DNA of 50,683 nt from Corynebacterium sp. (GTDB taxonomy: Bacteria > Actinomycetota > Actinomycetes > Mycobacteriales > Mycobacteriaceae), in the NCBI RefSeq assembly GCF_012837295.1, contig NZ_DURI01000373.1, forward strand, positions 1 through 50,683, read 5' to 3'. Below are positions 1 to 9,691 of this stretch, piece by piece. The position numbers and the translations under genes are program-made. The notes beneath the pieces were generated by a model. That model was not told the DNA's origin and did not search any database. It was given only the letters and a program-made list of their open reading frames with translations. How positions within the stretch are numbered: the stretch's first letter is position 1; every line of letters starts with the position of its first letter.

Positions 1-1834
<1,834 letters not shown>

Positions 1835-1865
1835 GACCGCCTCCCGTTCGCCGTGCCCGAAGACC

Positions 1866-3059
1866 TTAGGAACCCGCCAGCGCGATGACCGCGCGGGCGA
1901 AATCGCCGACCTCGGCGGAACGCGGGTCCTCGCAGCCTCCGGAGAACTCCTCCAGCGCACGCGCGGTGCCCAGCAGATCGCGGCGTTCCAGGGCGCCGCC
2001 GCCCAGCGACGCCCCGGACGCGGCCTTCTCGCCCTCGGGGATCTCGACGCCCGCCGTCAGCGCGGCCTGCGGCGAACCATAATGCAGGATCGTGACGGTG
2101 ATGAGGGTCCAGCCGAGCAGGGCCGTCATCAAACGGGTGCGCAGATGCTGGTCGCCGACGACCTCCGGCCACGGCGCGCGGACCTCTTCGACCCACGACC
2201 GGACGAAGGCCTCCGACTCCGCCGGGCTCGGCGGCTCGGTGAACACGTGCAGCGGAAAGCCCGCGATGACGCTGGCGACGTCGAAGGTGGCGTCGCGGAA
2301 GCCGGCCCACTCGTAGTCGAGGAAGCCGACGCGGCCGGCCATGAGGATGTTGTCGGGCGCCAGATCGAAGGGCGTGAACGCACGGTGGTGCCCGGAGGAG
2401 ATGCGCCGCGCGGCCTCGCCGGCCAGGCCCCGCACTCCGTCGGTCACCGGCACGCCGAGGTCCTCCAGGCGGCCCATGCCGGACTCGATGGCCCGGACGA
2501 TGCCGCGGTCGCGCTCGCCGGAGACGTCCTCGTCCCCGCGATGGCGGGACCACATGCGCGACAGCAGGGTGTTGAACCCGTCTTCGCGATCCGCGGTGCC
2601 CGCGTGCATCCGGCCCAGCGCCGCGCCCATCGAGCGCAGCGCGCGCAGCCGCTCGTTCGCGTCGCCCGACTCGAGGACGTCGGCCAGCGTCGGGGCGTCG
2701 CCCGCGTCGGAGATGACGATGATCCGCTCGGCGACGTCATGCGCCAACAGCTCCGGGCCCGGGCGGACGTCCTCCGGCAGCGACGTGGCGAACTGGTAGG
2801 CCACGATTTCGCGCAGCAGGGCCGGGTCGGCGCCCGCGGCGGAAGACTCCGGCAGACGCTTGACGACGAGCGATCGAACCGGCAGGAACGGATTCGGCGA
2901 CACCCGCAGCCGCACGACCATGGCACGGCTCGAACCGCCGAGGTCCTCGGGATCCGTCAGCTCCGGCCGACCCCCGAAACGGGAGGACAGCAGTTCGCCG
3001 GCGGTGGCGATGATGTCGGCGACGTCGTGGTCGTTGCCGTGGTCGTCGTGGGAATCCAT
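1866..3059 (-). CDS. Protein-kinase-like/APH-fold phosphotransferase, substrate unknown
   Basis: Gly-rich LGGSSRA, VVKR, catalytic-loop-like PFDLAPDN and FLDYEWAG. Co-oriented between aspS and rarA. Confidence 0.7.
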   Translation of the reverse strand: MDSHDDHGNDHDVADIIATAGELLSSRFGGRPELTDPEDLGGSSRAMVVRLRVSPNPFLPVRSLVVKRLPESSAAGADPALLREIVAYQFATSLPEDVRPGPELLAHDVAERIIVISDAGDAPTLADVLESGDANERLRALRSMGAALGRMHAGTADREDGFNTLLSRMWSRHRGDEDVSGERDRGIVRAIESGMGRLEDLGVPVTDGVRGLAGEAARRISSGHHRAFTPFDLAPDNILMAGRVGFLDYEWAGFRDATFDVASVIAGFPLHVFTEPPSPAESEAFVRSWVEEVRAPWPEVVGDQHLRTRLMTALLGWTLITVTILHYGSPQAALTAGVEIPEGEKAASGASLGGGALERRDLLGTARALEEFSGGCEDPRSAEVGDFARAVIALAGS

Positions 3060-3087
3060 GATCTCCTTGGGCTCGCGCCCGGTGCTG

Positions 3088-4893
3088 TTAGGCCTGCTGC
3101 TTGTTCTGCTTCTTGTCCGCCTTGGGCTTGAAGTCGATGCCCGACTCCTTGCGCTGCTGGGCGGTGACCGGCGCCGGGGCGTCGGTCAGCGGGTCGACGC
3201 CGCCGCCGGACTTCGGGAAGGCGATGGTCTCGCGGATCGAGTCCACGCCGGCGAGCAGGGCGACGATGCGGTCCCAGCCGAAGGCGATGCCGCCGTGCGG
3301 CGGGGCGCCGAAGGCGAAGGCGTCGAGGAGGAAGCCGAACTTCTCGTGGGCCTCCTCGTCGGTGATGCCCATGACCTCGAACACGCGCTTCTGCACGTCC
3401 TGGCGGTGGATTCGGATGGAGCCGCCGCCGATCTCGTTGCCGTTGCAGACGATGTCGTACGCGTAGGCCAGCGCATCGCCCGGGTTCTGGTCGAAGGTGT
3501 CCAGGTGCTCCGGCTTCGGCGAGGTGAAGGCGTGGTGCACGGCGGTCCAGGCCGAGTGACCCAGGGCGACGTCGCCGGAGGCCTTGGCGTCGGCGGCGGG
3601 CTCGAACATCGGGGCGTCGACGACCCAGGTGAACGCCCAGTCGCCGTCCTTGATAAGGCCCAACTTCTCGGCGATCGCGCCGCGGGCGGCGCCCAGCAGG
3701 GCACGGGCCGACTTGGTGTCGCCGGCTGCGAAGAAGATGCAGTCGCCCGGCTTCGCGCCGACGTGGGCGGCGATGCCCTCGCGCTCCGCGTCGGTGATGT
3801 TCTTGGCCACCGGGCCGCCCAGCTCGCCGTCTTCGCCGACGAGGATGTAGGCGAGGCCCTTGGCGCCGCGCTGCTTGGCCCACTCCTGCCACGCGTCGAG
3901 CTGGCGGCGCGGCTGCGACGCACCGCCCTCCATGACGACGGCGCCGACGTACTCGTTCTTGAACACGCGGAACGTGGTGTCCGCGAAGAAGTCGGTGCAG
4001 TCGGTCAGCTCGATGTCGAAGCGCAGATCCGGCTTGTCCGAGCCGTACTTCTCCATGGCCTCGCGGTAGGTCATGCGCGGGATCGGGGTGGTGATCTCGT
4101 AGCCGCCCTCGCGCCAGATGGCCACCAGGATCTCCTCGGCCAGGGCGATCACGTCGTCCTGCTCGACGAAGCTCATCTCGACGTCCAGCTGGGTGAACTC
4201 CGGCTGGCGGTCGGCGCGGAAATCCTCGTCGCGGTAGCAGCGGGCGATCTGGTAGTAGCGCTCCATGCCGCCGACCATGAGCAGCTGCTTGAACAGCTGC
4301 GGCGACTGCGGCAGGGCGTAGAAGGAACCGGGCTTCAGACGGGCCGGGACCAGGAAGTCGCGGGCGCCCTCCGGGGTGGAGCGCGTCAGCGTCGGGGTCT
4401 CGATCTCGGTGAAATCGTTGGAATCGAGCACCTGGCGGGCGGCGCGGTTCATGGCGGCGCGCAGGCGCATGATCTTCGCGGGGCCCTCGCGGCGCAGGTC
4501 CAGGTAGCGGTACTTCAGGCGGCTTTCCTCGCCGACCTCGTTCGCGCTCGACGCGTCGTCGAGCTGGAACGGCAGCGCGGCGGATTCGTTGAGGATCTCC
4601 AGCTCCGTGACGTTGACCTCGATGTCGCCGGAGGCCAGGTTCGGGTTCTCGGATCCCTCGGGGCGGTTTTCCACCACGCCCGTCACCCGCACGCAGTACT
4701 CGCTGCGCAGGTGGTGGGCGCGCTCGGCGACCTCGCTTTCACGGAAGACGACCTGGGCCAGGCCCGAACGGTCGCGCAGGTCGATGAAGATGACGCCACC
4801 GTGGTCGCGGCGGCGGGCCACCCAACCCGTGAGGGTGACGGACTGTCCGGCCTGGTCGGCGCGGAGCTCGCCGGCGAGATGCGTACGCAGCAC
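3088..4893 (-). CDS. aspS: Aspartate--tRNA ligase (probably non-discriminating Asp/Asn type)
   Basis: MLRTH...[60 protein letters not shown]. Confidence 0.98.
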   Translation of the reverse strand: MLRTHLAGELRADQAGQSVTLTGWVARRRDHGGVIFIDLRDRSGLAQVVFRESEVAERAHHLRSEYCVRVTGVVENRPEGSENPNLASGDIEVNVTELEILNESAALPFQLDDASSANEVGEESRLKYRYLDLRREGPAKIMRLRAAMNRAARQVLDSNDFTEIETPTLTRSTPEGARDFLVPARLKPGSFYALPQSPQLFKQLLMVGGMERYYQIARCYRDEDFRADRQPEFTQLDVEMSFVEQDDVIALAEEILVAIWREGGYEITTPIPRMTYREAMEKYGSDKPDLRFDIELTDCTDFFADTTFRVFKNEYVGAVVMEGGASQPRRQLDAWQEWAKQRGAKGLAYILVGEDGELGGPVAKNITDAEREGIAAHVGAKPGDCIFFAAGDTKSARALLGAARGAIAEKLGLIKDGDWAFTWVVDAPMFEPAADAKASGDVALGHSAWTAVHHAFTSPKPEHLDTFDQNPGDALAYAYDIVCNGNEIGGGSIRIHRQDVQKRVFEVMGITDEEAHEKFGFLLDAFAFGAPPHGGIAFGWDRIVALLAGVDSIRETIAFPKSGGGVDPLTDAPAPVTAQQRKESGIDFKPKADKKQNKQQA

Positions 4894-5066
4894 TATTGGG
4901 GTCCTTCCAATGCTTTGCCTGTGAGAGTTAACCGAGATCGTGCGCCCATCGGGCGCGCGTCGTTGGCAGTGTACCCGCCGCGGCGGACCGGTTTAGGGCC
5001 GGGCCGTCGTAAAGCGGGATCGTGTCGGGGCTCCCGCAGCGGCGTTCCTGCTGGCATACTCGGTGC

Positions 5067-5942
5067 ATGACGTTCCGTTCGGATTTTCGGAAGAGCGGCG
5101 ACCGTGCTCGCCGCGGTGGTGGCGGCCGCGGTGGCATCGCCATCGGCGGCGGCCTCGGCGGCCTGCTCCTCGTCGGCCTGTTCATGCTCCTCGGCGGCGA
5201 CCCCTCGCAGCTCCAGCAGCCCCAGCAGGGCGGCGGGCAAAACCAGGGCGCCCAGGGCGGCGGCCTTGACCACTGCCAGACCGGCGCCGACGCCAACGAG
5301 CACGTCGACTGCCGCATCGAGTTCACCGGCATCTCCGTCGACCGCGTGTGGGCCGAACAGCTGCCCGCCCAGGCCGGCATCCAGTACCAGGCGCCGGGCA
5401 TCGAGATCTTCACCGGCTCCACCCAGTCCGGCTGCGGCTACGCCTCCTCGTCGACCGGCCCGTTCTACTGCCCCGCCGACGAGTACTCCTACTACGACGT
5501 CACCTTCTTCGACCAGCTCGAGCGCATGGGCGGCGGCGACGGCCCGCTCGCCCAGCAGTACGTGGTGGCCCACGAGTTCGCCCACCACATCCAGAAGCTC
5601 GAGGGCACGCTCGGCCGCTCCAACTACAACGACCCCGGCCCGGACTCCGACGCCGTCAAGGTCGAGCTCCAGGCCGACTGCTACGCCGGCATCTGGGCGC
5701 ACTTCGCCGACAAGGGACCCGACGCGATCCTCGAGCCGCTGACCCAGCAGCAGGTCGCCGACGCGCTGCAGACCGCCCGCGCCATCGGCGACGACACCAT
5801 CCAGGGCCACTCCGGCGGCGACATCCGCCCCGACCTGTGGACCCACGGCTCCGCCGAGCAGCGCGCCGACGCGTTCCTGACCGGCTACCAGACCGGCAAG
5901 ATGGCGCAGTGCGACACCCTCGAGCGGGGCGTGTACAAGTAG
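5067..5942 (+). CDS. Neutral zinc metallopeptidase (YpfJ family), membrane-anchored
   Basis: N-terminal TM after a Gly-rich stretch. GPFYCP, AHEFAHHIQ (HExxH), ELQADCYAG and THGS motifs. Confidence 0.9.
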   Translation: MTFRSDFRKSGDRARRGGGGRGGIAIGGGLGGLLLVGLFMLLGGDPSQLQQPQQGGGQNQGAQGGGLDHCQTGADANEHVDCRIEFTGISVDRVWAEQLPAQAGIQYQAPGIEIFTGSTQSGCGYASSSTGPFYCPADEYSYYDVTFFDQLERMGGGDGPLAQQYVVAHEFAHHIQKLEGTLGRSNYNDPGPDSDAVKVELQADCYAGIWAHFADKGPDAILEPLTQQQVADALQTARAIGDDTIQGHSGGDIRPDLWTHGSAEQRADAFLTGYQTGKMAQCDTLERGVYK

Positions 5943-5944
5943 AC

Positions 5945-5970
5945 CCCGATCGGCGACCGATCGGGCCTTT
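5945..5970 (+). terminator. Short hairpin between convergent genes
   Basis: CCCGATCGG-CGA-CCGATCGGG followed by CCTTT, just after the peptidase stop codon. Confidence 0.5.
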
Positions 5971-5993
5971 GCCCGGTCAGCGCGCCAACGTGA

Positions 5994-6497
5994 TCAGTAT
6001 CCCGCCTGGATGAGCGCGACCAGGCCCCAGACCGCGCCGATCGCGAGCGCGATGATGAGCACGGCCAGCACGGCCAGCAGGATCAGCGCGCCGATGAGAT
6101 AGCGTTTCGACGACTTCGCCGACCCGGCGGGGTCGTCGAGCGCTTTCTGCATCAGCCGCTCGTTGCGGATGTTGGCGCGGAAGAAGAAGTCGAACGCGTC
6201 GCCCAACAGCGGGATGGCGCCGATGGTCATGTCGAGCACCAGGTTGAAGGCCATGCGCAGCAGGACGACGAACGGTACCCGGTAACGGATTCCGTCGATG
6301 ACCAGTCCGGCGGTCGCGACCGCGCCGGCCGCGTCGCCCAGCCCCGGGACTAGTCCGACGAGGGGATCCAGCCCGACCCGGCGTTTCGTGCCGGGGATGG
6401 TGAAGAGGTCGTCCATGTAGTGGGCGATGACGCGCGACGTCCGGTTGAGGGCGCGGGGTCGGCCGTCGATGCCGGACTCGGGGTGATTGGCGTTCAT
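5994..6497 (-). CDS. DUF4112-family membrane protein
   Basis: MDDLFTIPGT...GLDPLVGLVPGLGD...GAIPLLGDAFDFFFRAN pattern. ATG at 6497 with a -10-like TACTCT 7 nt upstream. Confidence 0.85.
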   Translation of the reverse strand: MNANHPESGIDGRPRALNRTSRVIAHYMDDLFTIPGTKRRVGLDPLVGLVPGLGDAAGAVATAGLVIDGIRYRVPFVVLLRMAFNLVLDMTIGAIPLLGDAFDFFFRANIRNERLMQKALDDPAGSAKSSKRYLIGALILLAVLAVLIIALAIGAVWGLVALIQAGY

Positions 6498-6531
6498 GCT
6501 CCCCAGAGTAGGCGCCGGTAGCCTGGGCGAC

Positions 6532-7284
6532 ATGACCGATGCATCCCCGGGCGACAATGCCACGGCGTTTCTGGCCGCATTCAACGACATCGAGGCCCAT
6601 CTGCGCCGCGATCTCCGCGCCAAACCGTCGGACGGTTTCAAGTGGATGGTCAACCTCAGCCATCGCAAGCATCGGCTTTCCGACGCCCAGCGTTCCGCTC
6701 TGATGGCCTTTTCCGATCTTCGCAACGCGATCAGCCACGGCGAGTATCGAGACGGTCGGCCCATCGCGGACCCGCTGCCCGCGACGGTGGCGGACGCCGA
6801 ACGCCTGGCCCGCAACCTCATCGATCCGCCGGTGGTGCTCGAGGTTCTGCCGAAGCGCCGGCCGGTGACGGTGTCGCCGGACGACTCGGTGGAGAAGGTC
6901 TTCGCCGTGCTCGCGGAGTCGACCTACTCGCAGTTCCCGGTATACGAGGGTGGCGCGGACCGGGGTCGGTGCACCGCGCTGCTGACCACCGACGCCATCG
7001 CGATCTGGGTCGCCCACGACTACGGCGACGACGGGCGGCTCGAGGCGAAGACCGTCGCGGACGTGCTGGAGTGGGCCGGTTCGCGGGATCTCCCCTATTT
7101 CATGCCCCGCACCGCGACCGTCCAGGACGCCGTCACCGCCCTGACCATTCCGGGCGATGACGGGCTGGTCCCCCGTGCGCTCATCATCACCGAGGATGGC
7201 AGTCCCGACCAGAAGCCCCTGCGCGTCGTCGGCGGTGCGGACTTGCCCGTGCTGTGGGCCGAGGTGCAGATCGGGTCGTACTAG
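6532..7284 (+). CDS. CBS-pair protein with an N-terminal putative HEPN domain
   Basis: Helical N-terminus FNDIEAHLR...LRNAISH (RxxxxH). CBS repeats PVTVSPDDSVEKVFAVLAESTYSQFPVYE and PRTATVQDAVTAL...ALIITEDG...PLRVVGGADL. Confidence 0.8.
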   Translation: MTDASPGDNATAFLAAFNDIEAHLRRDLRAKPSDGFKWMVNLSHRKHRLSDAQRSALMAFSDLRNAISHGEYRDGRPIADPLPATVADAERLARNLIDPPVVLEVLPKRRPVTVSPDDSVEKVFAVLAESTYSQFPVYEGGADRGRCTALLTTDAIAIWVAHDYGDDGRLEAKTVADVLEWAGSRDLPYFMPRTATVQDAVTALTIPGDDGLVPRALIITEDGSPDQKPLRVVGGADLPVLWAEVQIGSY

Positions 7285-7336
7285 CTGCGGACGATCATGT
7301 CGGCTTCTTCCGGCTCCGCTTGGCCTTTTCTGCCCG

Positions 7337-7404
7337 GGCTCCTTCTCCGTGCGCTGTCTCCGGCCCCCTCCCCCCGGCTCCTTCTCCGCGTGCTGTCTCC
7401 GGCC
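7337..7404. repeat. 29-bp direct repeat, 2 copies, 39-bp period
   Basis: GGCTCCTTCTCCGTGCGCTGTCTCCGGCC (7337-7365) and GGCTCCTTCTCCGCGTGCTGTCTCCGGCC (7376-7404), 27/29 identical. Confidence 0.85.
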
Positions 7405-7416
7405 GCGTCTCTGCGC

Positions 7417-7540
7417 AAAACCCGACATCCATATCCCGACATCACCACTGCTGTCGGGGTTTGGCCACGTCAAATCGACTCCTGTCGGGGTTGAGATGTC
7501 GGGGTGAAGCCGAGTGGGTGGTGATGTCGGGGTTTGGATG
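7417..7540. repeat. Inverted-repeat element built from CCCGACA/TGTCGGG units (REP/MITE-like)
   Basis: CATCCATATCCCGACATCACCAC (7426-7448) pairs with GTGGTGATGTCGGGGTTTGGATG (7518-7540), 21/23. Six CCCGACA/TGTCGGG copies in about 120 bp. Confidence 0.75.
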
Positions 7541-7571
7541 CTGCGGCCGCGCCGAGAAACGTCGGGCTGCG

Positions 7572-7667
7572 AAGCGCACCCGGTCAAGACTTGCCACGCC
7601 GAAAAGCGCACCCGGCCGCAACTCGTCGCGCTGAGAAGCGCACCCCGCCGAAACACGCCGCGCCGCA
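7572..7667. repeat. Degenerate 32-bp tandem repeat, 3 copies
   Basis: Invariant AAGCGCACCC at 7572, 7604 and 7636 (exact 32-nt period). The rest of each unit also aligns. Confidence 0.8.
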
Positions 7668-7679
7668 ACACTTGCGCAC

Positions 7680-7706
7680 ACGTCAACAACACTTTATTGT
7701 TGACGT
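7680..7706. promoter_or_regulatory. AT-rich palindromic operator candidate upstream of the LLM/FMN-reductase operon
   Basis: ACGTCAACAA-CACTTTA-TTGTTGACGT, perfect 10-bp arms, 75 nt before the ATG at 7781. Confidence 0.6.
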
Positions 7707-7780
7707 ATCACCAATTAGGGAATCCAGAACCACCGGCTTCGGCCGCAACCAACCACCCGAAGACCACACCAGGAGTCATC

Positions 7781-8899
7781 ATGCAGTTCGGCATCTTCAC
7801 CATCGGCGACGTCACCACCGACCCGACCAACGGCACCACCCCCACCGAGCACGAGCGCATCGACGCCATGACCCAGATGGCGCTGAAGGCCGAGGAAGTC
7901 GGCCTCGACGTCTTCGCCACCGGCGAGCACCACAACCCGCCGTTCGTGCCCTCCTCCCCGACGACCCACCTCGGCTACATCGCGGCGAAGACCGAGAAGC
8001 TGCAGCTGTCGACGGCCACCACGCTGATCACCACCAACGACCCGGTGAAGATCGCCGAGGACTTCGCCTTCCTGCAGCACCTCTCGGGCGGCCGCGTCGA
8101 CCTCATGATGGGCCGCGGCAACACCGGCCCGGTCTACCCGTGGTTCGGCAAGGACATCCGCCAGGGCATCCCGCTGGCCGTGGAGAACTACCACCTGCTG
8201 CGCCGCCTGTGGCGCGAGCGCCCGGTCAACTGGTCCGGCGAGTTCCGCACCCCGCTGCAGGGCTACGTGTCCACCCCGTGGCCGCTGGACGACACCCCGC
8301 CGTTCGTGTGGCACGGCTCGATCCGCTCCGTGCAGATCGCCGAGCAGGCCGCGTTCTACGGCGACGGCTTCTTCCACAACAACATCTTCTGGAACAAGGA
8401 GCACACGGCGAAGATGGTCAACATCTACCGCCGCCGCTTCGAGCAGTACGGCCACGGCCAGGCGGACCAGGCCATCGTCGGCCTGGGCGGCCAGGTCTTC
8501 ATCGGCGACACGGAGGAGAAGGCGAAGAAGTTCTTCCGCCCCTACTTCGACAACGCCCCGGTCTACGGCCACGGCCCGTCGCTGGAGGAGTTCACGGAGA
8601 TGACGCCGCTGACCGTCGGCACGGTCGAGCAGGTCGTCGAGCGCACCATGCAGTTCGCCGACTGGGTGGGCGACTACCAGCGCCAGCTGTTCCTCATGGA
8701 CCATGCCGGCCTGCCGCTGGAGGTCGTCCTGGAGCAGATCGAGATCCTGGGCAAGGAGGTCGTCCCGGAGGTCCGCCGCCGCATGGAGGCCCGCCGCCCG
8801 GAGCACGTCCCCTCGGACCCGCCGACCCACGCCACCCTGAAGCTCGACCGCGAGCACCCGCACCACAAGGTGCAGCCGGGCCGCGTCGAGGACAAGTAG
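7781..8899 (+). CDS. Luciferase-like FMN-dependent monooxygenase (CE1758-type LLM family)
   Basis: MQFGIFTIGD, GEHHNPPF, DPVKIAED, GRVDLMMGRG and WHGSIRS motifs. AGGAG RBS. Confidence 0.92.
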   Translation: MQFGIFTIGDVTTDPTNGTTPTEHERIDAMTQMALKAEEVGLDVFATGEHHNPPFVPSSPTTHLGYIAAKTEKLQLSTATTLITTNDPVKIAEDFAFLQHLSGGRVDLMMGRGNTGPVYPWFGKDIRQGIPLAVENYHLLRRLWRERPVNWSGEFRTPLQGYVSTPWPLDDTPPFVWHGSIRSVQIAEQAAFYGDGFFHNNIFWNKEHTAKMVNIYRRRFEQYGHGQADQAIVGLGGQVFIGDTEEKAKKFFRPYFDNAPVYGHGPSLEEFTEMTPLTVGTVEQVVERTMQFADWVGDYQRQLFLMDHAGLPLEVVLEQIEILGKEVVPEVRRRMEARRPEHVPSDPPTHATLKLDREHPHHKVQPGRVEDK

Positions 8900-8942
8900 C
8901 CCCACCTCCACGCCGCTCGCATCCCCGGAAAGGAACGTTCCC

Positions 8943-9629
8943 ATGCGCACCATCGCAGTCATCACGGCCGGCCTGTCCACGCCGTCGTCGACGCGCCAGC
9001 TCGCCGACATGCTCGGCGACGCCACCGTCGCCGCCATCACCGCCCGCGGGGAGTCCGGGGAGGTCAAGGTCATCGAGGTCCGCGATCTCGCCCGTGACCT
9101 CGCCGACGCGTTCACCGTCGGCGGCCTGTCCTCGGAGGCCCTCGACGAAGCGCGCCGCACCGTCGCCTCGGCGGATGCGGTCATCGCGGTGTCGCCGGTG
9201 TTCAAGGCCTCGTACTCGGGCCTGTTCAAGATGTTCATCGATTCGCTTGACGACGACGCCCTGCGGTCCGTGCCCACCGTTCTCGGGGCGACCGCCGGCA
9301 CCGCCCGCCATTCGCTGGCGGTCGACCATGCGCTGCGTCCGCTGTTCTCCTACATGGGCGCGATGGTCGCGCCGACCGGCGTGTTCGCCGCGACGGACGA
9401 TTTCGGCGCCGCCACCTTCACCGGCGGCGGCAGCGGCAAGGGCGGGGACGATCAGGGCACCGCTCCCCTGACCTCGCGCGTGTCCCGCGCGGCCGGCGAG
9501 CTCGCCGATCTGGTCCTGGCGCAGGGCGTCGGCGGTCTGGCCGCCGGTGCCACCCGCCGCTCGGGCTCGGGCATCGAGGCGCCGTCCGGCCCCTCCTTCG
9601 GCGACCTGCTCAAGGGCCACTTGGGCTGA
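8943..9629 (+). CDS. NAD(P)H-dependent FMN reductase (CE1759-type), partner of the LLM oxygenase
   Basis: AGLSTPSSTR, SPVFKASYSGLFKMF and ATAGTARHSL flavodoxin-fold motifs. AAGGA RBS. Confidence 0.92.
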   Translation: MRTIAVITAGLSTPSSTRQLADMLGDATVAAITARGESGEVKVIEVRDLARDLADAFTVGGLSSEALDEARRTVASADAVIAVSPVFKASYSGLFKMFIDSLDDDALRSVPTVLGATAGTARHSLAVDHALRPLFSYMGAMVAPTGVFAATDDFGAATFTGGGSGKGGDDQGTAPLTSRVSRAAGELADLVLAQGVGGLAAGATRRSGSGIEAPSGPSFGDLLKGHLG

Positions 9630-9691
9630 GGCCCGTCCGTCCGGCCGGCTGACGCGCCCCCGTGATCCGCATGCTCCTCTACCCTCGGGGC

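Noticed and set aside
4894-4975. aspS and alaS leaders as T-boxes or tRNA mimics
   Set aside because: The leaders are short with no T-box motif. The aspS hairpin loop reads GAT, not the GTC anticodon, and the alaS hairpin shows no acceptor-stem mimicry.
2860-5070. Long antisense and alternate-frame ORFs (e.g. 65..1789, 2860..5070, 15873..18155, 18394..20640, 27830..30325, 32403..34901, 37731..40760, 46015..48015)
   Set aside because: These are shadows of real genes in high-GC DNA, where stop codons are rare. They have Arg/Gly/Ala-rich composition and no recognisable motifs.
7285-7680. Repeat cluster as a CRISPR array
   Set aside because: At most 2-3 copies per repeat type, the conserved core is only 10 nt, the intervening sequences resemble each other rather than being unique spacers, and there are no cas genes.
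7514-7780. 89-aa N-terminal extension of the LLM ORF and other small ORFs over the repeat region
   Set aside because: The family N-terminus MQFGIF starts at 7781 behind an AGGAG RBS. The upstream frame is simply open through repeats.
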